64,000 nucleotides of DNA from Candidatus Marinacidobacterales bacterium. GTDB lineage: Bacteria; Acidobacteriota; Vicinamibacteria; Marinacidobacterales; SMYC01. Position 1 is the stretch's first letter, and each line of letters starts with the position of its first letter. Positions 43,596 to 54,088 of this stretch are shown here, one piece after another. The stretch covers positions 1,088,001 to 1,152,000 of the forward strand of contig OZ250169.1 of assembly GCA_965237955.1 (NCBI GenBank), read 5' to 3'. The position numbers and the translations under genes were made by a program. The notes below the pieces were generated by a model. It was not told the DNA's origin. It did no database searches and worked only from the letters and a program-made list of their open reading frames with translations.

Positions 43596-45023
43596 CGTCC
43601 TGTGCCAAAACTCGGCTCTTTTGAAATAGGCCATCAATCAGCAACTTAGTGTCTGTGTTTGCGACCGGGCCAAGGGCCGTGGGCTTTACAATCGTCTTGG
43701 GCGGGCGGGTCGTCACCATGCAGATGACCACCTAGTCGAGAGCGAATATCGAAGCGTGTTCCTGAAGCGGTTTCCACGCTACGCCGGTCGAGCCCGCCGA
43801 GGGGCTACCGTCGCCGGCGACCATCTACGCGGCACGGCAGTAGTAGTTGAGAATGCCCACAAGTCGCTCTCGCGACACGATGGGGCCAGCGTCATTCGCG
43901 CTTGCCGGCAGAGGTGTGAGGAGCTCGTTGCCGAGACCTTGGTGGTTCCGTTCTGTGTGATAGTGCACTACGTATTCGGTTACCGCTGTGCGCAGGTGTC
44001 GCTCACTGAGAGGTACGAAGCGGTCGAGACACTCTCGACGTATGGAGAGAACGAATCTTTCCGCATATGCGTTCAGATTCGGACTATTAGCGGGAAGGCG
44101 AAGGGGCTTCACGCCTGAATCTCTCAACAGCCCACGTACCGCCTCGGTGAATAGCGGGTCCCGGTCGTGGATGAGGTATCGCTTGCCAAGGAGGAAACCA
44201 TCCCACATGTCAGTGAGGTTTCTTGCCACCTGCTTCATCCACTCCCCGTTGGGGTCCGACGTTATCCCACCGATGCACACGCAGCGAGTGGCGATATCGA
44301 TGACAAACAGGACATGGTAGCGGACGAGCCCGAACGGGTTCACCACCTCGACGGTGAACAGGTCTGTCGCAGCGATGGCACCCCAATGAGCCTTGATGAA
44401 GGTGCTCCACGACATGCTCCTGCCCCGCTCCGGCGCAGGAGCGATACCGTGCTCGGCGAGGATACTCTTGATAGTGTTGCGTCCGAGTTCATGTCCTAGG
44501 TTCTTGAGTGCGCCTCGCAGGCGCGTATATCCCCACGTCGGGTTCTCCCGCGCCACGCGCACAATGAGCTCACGGATGTCCTTCGCCGTCGGAGGTCGGC
44601 CTGGACTCCGGTTCTTGCTGCCATCGTACTTGGCTGCGATGAGGTGGCGGTACCAGCGCAGAAGCGTAGCGGGTGTGGCAACGGACGCAATCTGGGCCAG
44701 CGCCTCGCGGCCCAAAGCCTGGGCCTTGACCGCGAGCCTGCGCCGGTCGTCGTCCGAGAGACTGAGACGCTTGCCCCGAAGCCCGGCTCGGAGCACACGG
44801 TTCTCCTCTTGCAGGTAGTCGATCACATCCTGCTGCTGGCGGTTGACCCAGCCAGCTAGAACGAGCAGTAGGAATTGCACGTGGTACGTCATCATGGACC
44901 TGAAGATAACACCCTCGGGCCAGACGATTGTAAAGCCTACGGCCCTTGGTCCGGTCGCAAACACAGACACTGAGCTGCTGATTTATGGCCTATTTCAAAA
45001 GGGCCGAGTTTTGGCACAGGACG
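43596..45023 (-). mobile_element. Family-A element, copy 4 (intact)
   Basis: Both TIRs present; uninterrupted transposase. Confidence 0.9.
43825..44895 (-). CDS. Integrase-core DDE transposase, 356 aa
   Basis: Same length and motifs as 23221-24291. Confidence 0.9.
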   Translation of the reverse strand: MMTYHVQFLLLVLAGWVNRQQQDVIDYLQEENRVLRAGLRGKRLSLSDDDRRRLAVKAQALGREALAQIASVATPATLLRWYRHLIAAKYDGSKNRSPGRPPTAKDIRELIVRVARENPTWGYTRLRGALKNLGHELGRNTIKSILAEHGIAPAPERGRSMSWSTFIKAHWGAIAATDLFTVEVVNPFGLVRYHVLFVIDIATRCVCIGGITSDPNGEWMKQVARNLTDMWDGFLLGKRYLIHDRDPLFTEAVRGLLRDSGVKPLRLPANSPNLNAYAERFVLSIRRECLDRFVPLSERHLRTAVTEYVVHYHTERNHQGLGNELLTPLPASANDAGPIVSRERLVGILNYYCRAA

Positions 45024-45237
45024 GGGAAGCGCGTGGCTCAGAAACAAGTGATCGGCTATGTGGGCTCCACCGGCTTGGCAACGGGTCCACATCTGGATTT
45101 CCGACTCATTCGCCATGGAAAGCCGGTCAATCCGTTGAAGCAGATCTATCCTCCCGGTCCACCTGTCGCCGTTGAGCACATGGACGCCTATCTCGAGAGA
45201 GTGAAAGAGCTCGCGGCAAGAATGTCATCGCCGAGCG
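45024..45237 (+). pseudogene. M23 peptidase C-terminal fragment
   Basis: [32 protein letters not shown]. Confidence 0.85.
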
Positions 45238-45468
45238 CGTCGTGTCCAAAAATACAAACGAACTCAAGACCAGCTCGCCGGGACGTTTCGGAATAGACGT
45301 ATCTACGCTTGATTGGCCAATGGGAGCTAGAATCCTCGGCGTCGCGTCCTGTGCCAAAACTCGGCCTTTTGAAACAGACCATAATATCAGCAGCTTAGTG
45401 TCTGTGTTTGCGACCGGGTCAAGAGCCGTGCTTCGGCTACCCTGTGCCTTCTATTTATTCATCCGCAC
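45238..45468. mobile_element. Stack of solo ends: family B (45238), family A (45345), family C (45443)
   Basis: Each matches an end found elsewhere in the window; all face the same way. Confidence 0.85.
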
Positions 45469-45741
45469 GGGTGCTTCCGCCATTAAGTGTTGGTAGCTGC
45501 CGCTTAACCCGCTCACGTGCTAGAGTTTGAGCCTGACTTCGAGAGACGCAGTCCTTTCGGCGATGCCGGCTGGGCTGACCACGCGGTGCCTGATGTTCAG
45601 GGACATCGTTTATGGCGTTCGCCGGCAAAGGCAGGCCAACTGACACTAGCATTCAACCGCGGCGTAGCAACATATCTGGACTCCTCTAGTCAAGCCCCTT
45701 TCTTAATAAATCTTCCATCGAAGCTGCGCATCCATCGCGTC

Positions 45742-45952
45742 GTGACGAGTGGGTCAGACTGCAAACGTATCTTCGGCCTCAGTGAGGAGCGTCTTGGGTG
45801 CTCCGGGCCATGATGGAAAATCCGCGCGCGAGGAGCCAATCACTTTGAACGACCTCTTAGGGCCAGTGTTGCTATCGGCTTGACCCCGCGCCGGTCCGAC
45901 CGGTACGCCATCAGTTGGATGGGTATCGTCGCAGCCTCTTTTGGAAGGGAAA
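45742..45952 (-). ncRNA. Putative bridge/seekRNA, duplicate copy (approximate limits)
   Basis: Identical to 46080-46290. Confidence 0.65.
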
Positions 45953-46079
45953 AAGGAAAACACGAAAGTGGAGCCTCTAAGTCTAAGCGGCCATCGGCGA
46001 CTGGAATTCATATCTGGACTCCTCTAGTCAAGCCCCTTTCTTAATAAATCTTCCATCGAAGCTGCGCATCCATCGCGTC

Positions 46080-46290
46080 GTGACGAGTGGGTCAGACTGC
46101 AAACGTATCTTCGGCCTCAGTGAGGAGCGTCTTGGGTGCTCCGGGCCATGATGGAAAATCCGCGCGCGAGGAGCCAATCACTTTGAACGACCTCTTAGGG
46201 CCAGTGTTGCTATCGGCTTGACCCCGCGCCGGTCCGACCGGTACGCCATCAGTTGGATGGGTATCGTCGCAGCCTCTTTTGGAAGGGAAA
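46080..46290 (-). ncRNA. Putative bridge/seekRNA (approximate limits)
   Basis: Minus strand carries TAGCAACACT and AAGTG (match target), and TTCCATCA and AGATA (match element ends). Confidence 0.75.
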
Positions 46291-46320
46291 AAGGAAAACA
46301 CGAAAGTGGAGCCTCTAAGT

Positions 46321-47352
46321 CTAAGCGGCCATCGGCGACTGGAATTCACTCTCGCGGGTGGAGACGGCCCAGACGATCCGGGCGAGTTTGTTGGCGACAG
46401 CAATCACGGCCTTGTTGTGTCCCCGCGAGCGGTGGACCTTCCGAGCCCAGGCGCGGAGCTTGTCGGGCGGGCTCTTACTGACGTTCGCCGCGCGGAGCAC
46501 GGCGCGCCCGCCCTGGGTGAGGAGCATACGGAGGTAGGAGTCGCCACGCTTGGTGATGCGTCCGAGGCGGCGAATGTCGCCACTGGAGTTTTCCTTGGGA
46601 ACTAGGCCGAGGTAGCTCGAGAAGCGGCGCCCCGATGGGAAGCGGCGAAGATCGCCGACGAAGCCCACGATGGCGGTCGCGGTCAGAAGTCCGATGCCGG
46701 GAATGGCGAGAAGTCGTTGGACTTCAGGAAGCTGCTTGGTGAGCGCCTTGAGCTCGTGCTCGATGCCAGCGCACTTGTCCTTGAGTTCTCGAATCTCGGA
46801 GCAGGCATCACGGAGATGCGAACGGAGCACGTCGGGCAAATCAGAATCAGCGTCTTCGACGAGTTCGAAGAGGGCGGGCACGACGAAGTGAGCGCCCTTT
46901 GGGATGATGAATCCGAGTTCGCGCAGGATCCCGCGTACGGCATTGATGCGTGCGGTCCGTGTGGAGAGCCATCCTGAGCGCAGGCGATGGAGCGCGGCGA
47001 GGCTGTGCTGGTGCACGGACTTAATGGGCACGGGAAGAATCTCCTCGTTCCTGTAGGCCTCGAGCAACGCTTTGGCGTCGGCGCGGTCGTTCTTGCTCCC
47101 GCGTCGATAGGGCCTCACGAGGTGAGGTGGGAGCAGGACGACGTCGTGTCCCAACCTTCGGAACGTCCTTGCCCAGAAGTGAGCAGAGCCGCAGGCTTCG
47201 AGAAGCACGGTGGCAGCGCTCTGTTTGGCAAAAAACGACACCAACTTGGGTCGACTCACACGGAGTTGCTTGGACACCTTCCCCGCTTCTCCCGAGATGG
47301 CAATCTCGAAGACGTTCTTTGCAAGATCCACAGCGATCGTCGTATCTTTCAT
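46321..47352 (-). CDS. IS110/IS1111 DEDD recombinase
   Basis: IAVDLAKNVFE, LEACG, KNDRADA, IPGIG, YLGLVPKENSSG, ITKRGDSYLR, ANKLARI; RBS AGGAGG. Confidence 0.95.
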   Translation of the reverse strand: MKDTTIAVDLAKNVFEIAISGEAGKVSKQLRVSRPKLVSFFAKQSAATVLLEACGSAHFWARTFRRLGHDVVLLPPHLVRPYRRGSKNDRADAKALLEAYRNEEILPVPIKSVHQHSLAALHRLRSGWLSTRTARINAVRGILRELGFIIPKGAHFVVPALFELVEDADSDLPDVLRSHLRDACSEIRELKDKCAGIEHELKALTKQLPEVQRLLAIPGIGLLTATAIVGFVGDLRRFPSGRRFSSYLGLVPKENSSGDIRRLGRITKRGDSYLRMLLTQGGRAVLRAANVSKSPPDKLRAWARKVHRSRGHNKAVIAVANKLARIVWAVSTRESEFQSPMAA

Positions 47353-47530
47353 TCGGACTCCTCCTTTTCGATGCGTATTCGACTGACTTTGGCACATCGA
47401 TGCCGTCTATGTCAGCGGAGGAGTCCATTCCATCACTTGATTGTGAAAGCACCCGTTCTCGCATATGCTGGTACTTCCCTGCAATTCCGTAGAGTCGGTG
47501 AGAATGCAGGGACACGCTCCCGACACGGAG

Positions 47531-48478
47531 ATGACCACTGTGTGCACCATGAGATCGCTTCTCGGAGCTTCCGCGCTGGCTGTGGTCGGCACCGGACTGA
47601 TCGCCGGCAAGGCCTCGGCGCAGTCGGCGTCCGGCTTCTATCTGAACCAGGAGGTCGGGCTCAACGTCGCGTCGGCGGTTGAGTTGCTCGGCAACAGCAA
47701 CGACCGGGCCAGCCGCTGCGACGAGTTCATCAACCCCCGCTTCGCGGAGGTCCCCGGTTGTACCGACCCGAACCGCGGGTCGGGCGCGGGTTGGAAGACC
47801 ACGTACGACCGCGCCGCCGGGATGCTAGCTGGGCTGTCGGGCGGCTACCGGTTCGGCGGGCGGCTGCGAGTCGAGGTGGAGTGGTTCCATCGGGAGTCGG
47901 AGTACGACCAGACCTCGTCGGTGACGAGCGCGACCGGCGACACCTTCGCGAAGCTGGGCGGCGAGATCCAGCGGGCCGAGGACCGGATCGGCAGCATCTC
48001 GTCGCAGAACATCTTCGCCAACGTGTACGTCGACTTCCCCGGCCGGACTCGTCTGATGCCGTACGTCGGGGTGGGGGTTGGCATCGGCCTGACCGAGCTG
48101 GACTACGGCGACTTATGGGCGCGGAACCCCAACCCTGCCGCGATCGCCACGGCCGCGGGCCTCCCGAACGAGACGGAGATACGCCGGAACCTCGCGGCGA
48201 CCACGACGAGCAAGCAGGCAGAGTTGCACGACCGACTGACCGGGTACCAGGTGCTGGGCGGCGCAGACTATAGGATGTCGGAGATGTTATCGCTCGGCGT
48301 CAAGGTCCGCTGGGTGCGCTTCGGCCGCTTCACCGCCGAAGACATCGAATGGGAGCGCCTCCGGAGCCACGCGTCGCAACTGCGTCTTGACGGCAGCGAA
48401 CCGGTGACATTCCGCATCCGGACTGACGGCGCCCTCTCGTTCGTGGGCGTCACCTTGGCCATGCGGTACACGTTCTAA
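47531..48478 (+). CDS. Outer-membrane beta-barrel protein (opacity/Msp4-like)
   Basis: Signal peptide, LRVEVEW, ANVYVDF, PYVGVGVG, GYQVLGGADY, terminal RYTF. Confidence 0.85.
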   Translation: MTTVCTMRSLLGASALAVVGTGLIAGKASAQSASGFYLNQEVGLNVASAVELLGNSNDRASRCDEFINPRFAEVPGCTDPNRGSGAGWKTTYDRAAGMLAGLSGGYRFGGRLRVEVEWFHRESEYDQTSSVTSATGDTFAKLGGEIQRAEDRIGSISSQNIFANVYVDFPGRTRLMPYVGVGVGIGLTELDYGDLWARNPNPAAIATAAGLPNETEIRRNLAATTTSKQAELHDRLTGYQVLGGADYRMSEMLSLGVKVRWVRFGRFTAEDIEWERLRSHASQLRLDGSEPVTFRIRTDGALSFVGVTLAMRYTF

Positions 48479-48524
48479 TCGAGCAACGACGGCCCGCTCG
48501 TGTTCCCCGGCGCGGACGGGATTC

Positions 48525-48620
48525 GGTGCTTCCGTCATCAAAGTGTTGTTAAGCAGCTGCGTGCAGTGGCACGATGTCGGGAGAGACCGGGTTGCGCACC
48601 TCCGTGAACAGGAATACCTC
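48525..48620 (-). mobile_element. IS1-like right-end remnant
   Basis: GGTGCTTCCGTCATCAAAGTGTTG followed by sequence similar to 995-1066. Confidence 0.6.
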
Positions 48621-48903
48621 CTAGCCGGGCTTCGGGGCAAGCGTCTCAGTCTCTCGGACGACGACCGGCGCAGGCTCGTGTATTGGTTCAGCGTGAAGAT
48701 GACAGCGAGGTTGGACGTTAACGCAACGCCCGGCGGCAGGATGTCCCCTATCGCCCCAGGGATCGTACCAGAGTGCTCGGGGGCGTCAAGGGTAAAGCGC
48801 GCTGCGCGCGCCGGCTTCGCCGCCCTTGACGCCCCCTGCGCTCTCTGGTACTCAATGCTTGTGGGCGAGAGGGAACGGAGTGGGGCTCCTGGGATCAGAG
48901 TGT

Positions 48904-49880
48904 TCATGCGGGCACCTTGTTCGCACGGCGCTCACGCCGCAGCTTCCGAGCCTGCTCGAGTTTGCGGTCTCGCTCCGACCAGATCTGGGTGGCCTTGCCA
49001 TCCATGAAGTCCAGCGGCGCAATGTAGCCGATCGCGCTGTGCAGGCGAACCCCGTTGTAATATTCGACGAATCGTTCCATCAAGCGGCGAGCCTCTTCGA
49101 GGCTCGTGGGGCTGGCAGGACGCAGGGCGTCCGATTTTATCGTCTTGTGCCAACGCTCGATCTTCCCGTTCGATTGCGGGTAGTACGGCGCGGTCCTCAC
49201 GTGCGTCATCCCTGAGATGCGGATGAATGCCTTGAAGTCCTTCGCGATGTACTGCGGACCGTTGTCCGAGATGATTCGAGGCCGCGCATCGGGGTACCGC
49301 TCCTTTGCTCGCTCCAAGATGCACTCCACATCCGCTTCCGTCATCGACTCACGAATCTCCCAGTGAACCACCGCGCGGCTCGCACCATCCAGAAACGAGC
49401 AGAGGTAGTAGAACGTCCCACCCAGGTTCAAGTACGAGATATCCGTGTGCCAGTGCTGGTGCGCTCGCAGCGGCTGAACGAAGCCCGTTCCCTTCTTCGA
49501 CGGCTTCGGGTTCCAACGGTCCAGACGACCCGCCTTCGACAACACCCGGTACGTCGTCGAGGGGCTAACTGCCACCACGTCTTCGTCCAGCATCATGAAC
49601 GTGAGTCGGCGATACCCGTCCAGTGGGTGGCAGTCGAAGTAGTCGATCACGGACTGGCGCTCCCATTCTTCGATCCAGTGATCCCGCGGCACCAGGCCGT
49701 TGTGCTCATTCACCTTCCCGTACCGCTTGCGCCAGTCGTAGAACTTGCCCCGAGCGATCCCGCACCACTGAACGATCTGCTGGACCGGAAGCTGGGTCTT
49801 GGTGGCGATTGTGTTCACGAAGTCGACAACCTCGTCACGACGGTCATGGGGAATCCAGGCACCACTCAGGCTTCCCCAAG
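48904..49880 (-). CDS. IS3 OrfB (DDE), probably reached by frameshift at an A8 run (49881-49888)
   Basis: GYRRL, WHTDISY, ISDNGPQY, PQSNGKIERWH, YNGVRLHSAIGY. Confidence 0.9.
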
Positions 49881-50176
49881 TTTTTTTTGAGTGTCACGTA
49901 CTCTTCGGTCACCTCAGCGATGATCTGATCCTTACGGGCCACCTTCGCCTCGAGACGGGAGAGCTTCTCCTCTAGCTCCTTCTCACGGCTCGGCGCACGA
50001 CGGAACGAAAACACCGTATGGGCTCCAGCCAATAGCTCCCTTTGCCATGTGTAGAACAGGCTCGGCTGGATTTCTGCCTCGTTGCATACCTCCGAGACCG
50101 GCTTTTTCTCGGCAACGTGCTGGCGCAACAGCTCTGCCTTTTGCTCCGCAGTGTGACGACGACGACCTTTGCTCAT
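49844..50176 (-). CDS. IS3 OrfA (HTH)
   Basis: RRRHTAEQKAELLR..VSEVC..FYTWQR..LKKN. Confidence 0.9.
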   Translation of the reverse strand: MSKGRRRHTAEQKAELLRQHVAEKKPVSEVCNEAEIQPSLFYTWQRELLAGAHTVFSFRRAPSREKELEEKLSRLEAKVARKDQIIAEVTEEYVTLKKNLGKPEWCLDSP

Positions 50177-51372
50177 GACAGCTCCTTTTTCCATGTGCGT
50201 ATTTTAACTTCAGGACTGTCATGTTCCAGCTGAACCGAAACACTCGCGGTCAAGGCCCAGGCTTTGGGCCGCGAGGCGCTGGCCCAGATTGCGTCCGTTG
50301 CCACACCCGCTACGCTTCTGCGCTGGTACCGCCACCTCATCGCAGCCAAGTACGATGGCAGCAAGAACCGGAGTCCAGGCCGACCTCCGACGGCGAAGGA
50401 CATCCGTGAGCTCATTGTGCGCGTGGCGCAGGAGAACTCGACGTGGGAATATACGCGCCTGCGAGGCGCACTCAAGAACCTAGGACATGAACTCGGACGC
50501 AACACTATCAAGAGGATCCTCGCCGAGCACGGTATCGCGCCTGCCCCGGAGCGGGGCAAGAGCATGTCGTGGAGCACCTTCATCAAGGCTCATTGGGGCG
50601 CCATCGCTGCGACAGACCTGTTCACCGTCGAGGTGGTGAACCCGTTCGGGCTCGTCCGCTACCATGTCCTGTTTGTCATCGATATCGCCACTCGCTGCGT
50701 GTGCATCGGTGGGATAACGTCGGACCCCAACGGGGAGTGGATGAAGCAGGTGGCAAGAAACTTCACTGACATGTGGGATGGTTTCCTCCTTGGCAAGCGA
50801 TACCTCATCCACGACCGGGACACCCGCTATTCACCGAGGCAGTACGTGGGCTGTTGAGAGATTCAGGCGTGAAGCCCCTTCGCCTTCCCGCTAATAGTCC
50901 GAATCTGAACGCATATGCGGAAAGATTCGTTCTCTCCATACGTCGAGAGTGTCTCGACTGCGTATTCCAGCCATCGTGAACGCCGAATCCAGAGCAAGCT
51001 GAACAGCGAATCCGGTGAAGCCGAACGCTCATCGAAGCGATGAAGTGTTGGGTGACCTCCTTTCCACTGATTGAAAACGTGAACCTATCTTACCTGCGTG
51101 TTGTGTAGCAAGGGGCGGCAGGTCGGTGCCGGAGGGAGCGGGCGTAAGGAAAGACGCGAAGCGACCTTCCCGCTCCCGTAGGCAGCGACCTGCCGCGGCC
51201 GAACCCCGGGCGATGTGGGGCTGGTTTCGGGGGGTTGCTGGGGTATGGCCTGGCTCGAGAAGACGCTTCCTGAGGCATTCTCGCGCGTCGTTTTGGCGCC
51301 GCATCGTCTGGTACCCCGGGTTTGGCGGTTTCACCCGTTTTTATCGCATCGACGCTGTGGTCCCTCGCTCGC

Positions 51373-52131
51373 TCATGCATCGGCGTTGTCAAATGCCTTT
51401 GGCGCAGCCTTGGTCTTTCTCAGAGAAGCTCCTTTGAGAGTGATGCGGTGCGCGCTGTGGAGAATGCGATCGCAGATAGCGTCTGCCTGGTTTGGGTCGC
51501 CAATCGCTTCGTGCCACTGCTTGAGCGGAATCTGGGTCGCGATGAGTGTGGAGCCACGCTCGGCGCGGTCTTCGATGACCTCCATTAGATCCCGTCTCTC
51601 CGATTCTTTCAGCGGGTGAAGCAGCCAATCATCGATAGCCAGTAAGTCCAGCTTGGCGAGTTTCGTCAAAAGCCGGGCGTAGGAACCATCACCACGAGCG
51701 ACCGCGAGCTCGTGGAGCAAGCGCGGTGCTCGCACGTAGCATCCGGTGAAGCCGCGACGACAGGCCCGCTCCACGAAGGCGCAAGCCAAGAACGATTTGC
51801 CAATCCCCGTCGGGCCGGTGATGAGCAGGTTATGGCGCTCACCGACAAAGCGGCAGTTGCCCAGGCTCAAGATCTGTTCGCGGTTTAAGCCTCGAGGCGC
51901 TTGGAAGTTCACGTTCTCCAAACATGCCGGATAGCGGAGCTTTGCCGCTCGCAGTCGTCGAGAAAGCTTACGCTGTTCGCGGGCGGTCCACTCGGCATCG
52001 ACCAGGAGTCCCACACGTTCCTCGAAGCTCAGCTCCTTGTATTCGCTCGAGCTCAACTGGGTTTCGAACGCGGACACCAAGCCGAACAACTTCATGGCGT
52101 TCATCTTTTCTATCGTTTCGGGTGTCAGCAT
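51373..52131 (-). CDS. istB: IS21 helper ATPase IstB
   Basis: ITGPTGIGKS, LLAIDDW, ATQIP..W, ADAICDRILH. Confidence 0.95.
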   Translation of the reverse strand: MLTPETIEKMNAMKLFGLVSAFETQLSSSEYKELSFEERVGLLVDAEWTAREQRKLSRRLRAAKLRYPACLENVNFQAPRGLNREQILSLGNCRFVGERHNLLITGPTGIGKSFLACAFVERACRRGFTGCYVRAPRLLHELAVARGDGSYARLLTKLAKLDLLAIDDWLLHPLKESERRDLMEVIEDRAERGSTLIATQIPLKQWHEAIGDPNQADAICDRILHSAHRITLKGASLRKTKAAPKAFDNADA

Positions 52132-53681
52132 CGGGACTCTCCTCCTTCGTAGTGATCCGCGCCTCGGATGTTCTCGTGCTCCTCTCGCGGTTTCGCTTCG
52201 GCGTCCGATTCGAGCACCACACGATCCAGACCAGCCGAGAGAATGTTTTTCACCGTGCGATAGCTGTAAGAGCTCAAAGCTTCCGCTCGTGCGCAAGCGG
52301 CCTCGAGACGCTCACTGCCCCAGCGGCTGCCTAGTCGCATGACTCCCAGGCAAGAGCGAAATCCCTGCTCCGGGTGAGGCCGACTCTCTAGAATCCCCGC
52401 AACCAGCCTTCCCGTGGCGCGACCTGACTGCTCCGCCCAGTGGAGCAGCCGCGACGGCGTCCACTCCAGGTGCTCCCGATGCGAACGTGGCATATGCTCC
52501 GGGTTCGTGGAGTAGTGCCCCTTTCCTTTCTTGCGGGGATGCGACGCGACGCGCTTTCCCTTGAACAGGACCTCCACCACCGAGGCAGTCACCCGTGCCT
52601 CGACTTTCTCGTGAATGAGCTGATAGGGAACGCTGTACAAGTTGTTCTCCACCTCCACGTGGTAGTCGATGTTCACTCTGCACCGCTTCCACGTCGATAA
52701 CTCGTAGCTCTCCTGCGGTAGCGGTTTCAGTACGGGCCGGTCTAGCCTTTCGTACAACTCCCGCCGACTCACACCGAGCTTCTGCATCGGACGCGCATTC
52801 AGGACCTCTAACTTCTCCCAGATGGCTTCGTTCAGTTCCGCCAGGCTGAAGAACGTGCGATGACGAAGCACCGCCAGGATCCAGCGCTGCGCCACCTGCA
52901 CTGCCGACTCCACCTTCGCTTTGTCTTTCGGCTTGAACACCCGAGCCGGGACCACAACCGCACCGTAATGCGTCGCCAGCTCTTCGTACGTCCGGTTGAT
53001 CCCTGGCTCGTAACGGTCCACCAAATCCACGCCGCTCTTCAAGTTGTCCGGAACCCAGATCTCCGTACTGCCACCGAAGTAATCCGACATCCCCTTATGG
53101 GCCTTCGCCCACGATTCCAGCGACTGGTTCAGTGTCGCTTCGACGTAGGTGTAACTGCTCGCGCCCAACGTCCCGACGAACAGCTCCATTTCGACGAGCT
53201 CTCCCGTTTTCGGATCGACGATGTGAGGCTTCTTCCCCGAAAAATCGACGAATGTCTTCTCGCCTGCTCGATGCCGTTGACGCATCGTCGGGTTCAGCTT
53301 CTTCTTCCACTGACCGTACAGCTCGCAATAACGGCTGTAGCCGTACGCTCCCGGCTTATTCTCCGCGTACTCCACCCACAGCTGCAGCAACGTCAGCTCT
53401 CGGTGACGCCTCAGCTCCTCGTGGATGTGGGCATAGTCCAGACCCGGCCGTGCGCCAGACGAGCCCGGCGGCGGAAACAGCCCTGCCTCCAGCTCCCCGC
53501 CGCTCAGCTCCTCCGGGAGCGGCCAGCTCAGACCACCCTTCTTCGCCTTGGCCAGGTACTCACTCACCGTTCCAACCGCCACGCGAAGTGCCTTTGCGAT
53601 CATGCGGTGAGTAAAACCCAGCTCGTACTTTAACCTTAGAACCTCTCGTATTTTTCTCATCGATAACCTCTTAGCTGCCAT
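52125..53681 (-). CDS. istA: IS21 transposase IstA
   Basis: MRKIREVLRL, FVDFSG, VPDNLKSGV, PKDKAKVE, YSVP, HENIRG. Confidence 0.95.
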   Translation of the reverse strand: MAAKRLSMRKIREVLRLKYELGFTHRMIAKALRVAVGTVSEYLAKAKKGGLSWPLPEELSGGELEAGLFPPPGSSGARPGLDYAHIHEELRRHRELTLLQLWVEYAENKPGAYGYSRYCELYGQWKKKLNPTMRQRHRAGEKTFVDFSGKKPHIVDPKTGELVEMELFVGTLGASSYTYVEATLNQSLESWAKAHKGMSDYFGGSTEIWVPDNLKSGVDLVDRYEPGINRTYEELATHYGAVVVPARVFKPKDKAKVESAVQVAQRWILAVLRHRTFFSLAELNEAIWEKLEVLNARPMQKLGVSRRELYERLDRPVLKPLPQESYELSTWKRCRVNIDYHVEVENNLYSVPYQLIHEKVEARVTASVVEVLFKGKRVASHPRKKGKGHYSTNPEHMPRSHREHLEWTPSRLLHWAEQSGRATGRLVAGILESRPHPEQGFRSCLGVMRLGSRWGSERLEAACARAEALSSYSYRTVKNILSAGLDRVVLESDAEAKPREEHENIRGADHYEGGESRC

Positions 53682-54088
53682 TTCCTAGATCGTCCTCCTT
53701 CCGGGTACGACCTAGAGTTGCCTTGAAACGTGCTATCGATGAGCATTCGCGATGCCGGAACCGGCGTTCACGTTGCCTGGAATCCGTGTTCACCTTCCCC
53801 GGAATCGATGTTCACGATCCCCGGAATCCGTGTTCACGATGCTTTGGAATGGATGTTCACCTTCGGCTGGAATCTGCGTTCACGATGCCCCGGAATACGC
53901 ATCCCGGAAAACGAGCCGCGAGCCCGCCGCACGAGTCGTTCTTCGCAAGGCCCATTACTACACTCTTGGTTCACTCACCCAACGTGCCCCTAAGTCGTTG
54001 GATCACGACGAAGGGACTTCAGATCACTTCTGTCGGTTGCCGAGCCTCTGCACTTCGACTAGCATTCTTATTTTCATCCTGGTTTTGC

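Larger units (their letters stand above)
45673..46348. repeat. Exact 338-bp tandem duplication of the IS1111 right end
   Basis: 45673-46010 equals 46011-46348; includes the last 28 bp of the transposase gene. Confidence 0.95.
45673..47435 (-). mobile_element. IS1111-type (IS110 family) element
   Basis: Sub-terminal IRs TGGACTCCTC / GAGGAGTCCA, long 3' non-coding region, CA core at both junctions. Confidence 0.9.
45469..47454. mobile_element. IS1-like MITE whose right TIR is split by IS1111
   Basis: Left GGGTGCTTCCGCCATTAAGTGTTG; right rejoins as TAGCAA-CA-CTTGATTGTGAAAGCACCC. Confidence 0.75.
48679..50242 (-). mobile_element. Complete IS3-family element with 4-bp TSD CTCG
   Basis: TIRs TGTATTGGTTCAGCGTGAAGATGACAG / TGTTTCGGTTCAGCTGGAACATGACAG; CTCG at 48675 and 50243. 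Confidence 0.95.
48622..50958 (+). pseudogene. Family-A transposase fragment without ends, interrupted by IS3 and cut by IS21
   Basis: [18 protein letters not shown] | [14 protein letters not shown]. Confidence 0.85.
50959..53901 (-). mobile_element. IS21-family element
   Basis: Ends TGCGTATTCC / GGAATACGCA; multiple internal GTTCAC..GGAAT repeats; istA-istB. Confidence 0.95.

Noticed and set aside
48786-48830. Strong hairpin GTCAAGGG..CCCTTGAC as an independent ncRNA or REP
   Set aside because: Single copy inside the IS3 3' region; no further support.
53745-53901. About seven ~22-bp repeats GTTCAC..GGAAT resembling a CRISPR or iteron array
   Set aside because: No unique spacers or cas genes; these are the usual IS21 sub-terminal repeats, mirrored at 50959-51030.
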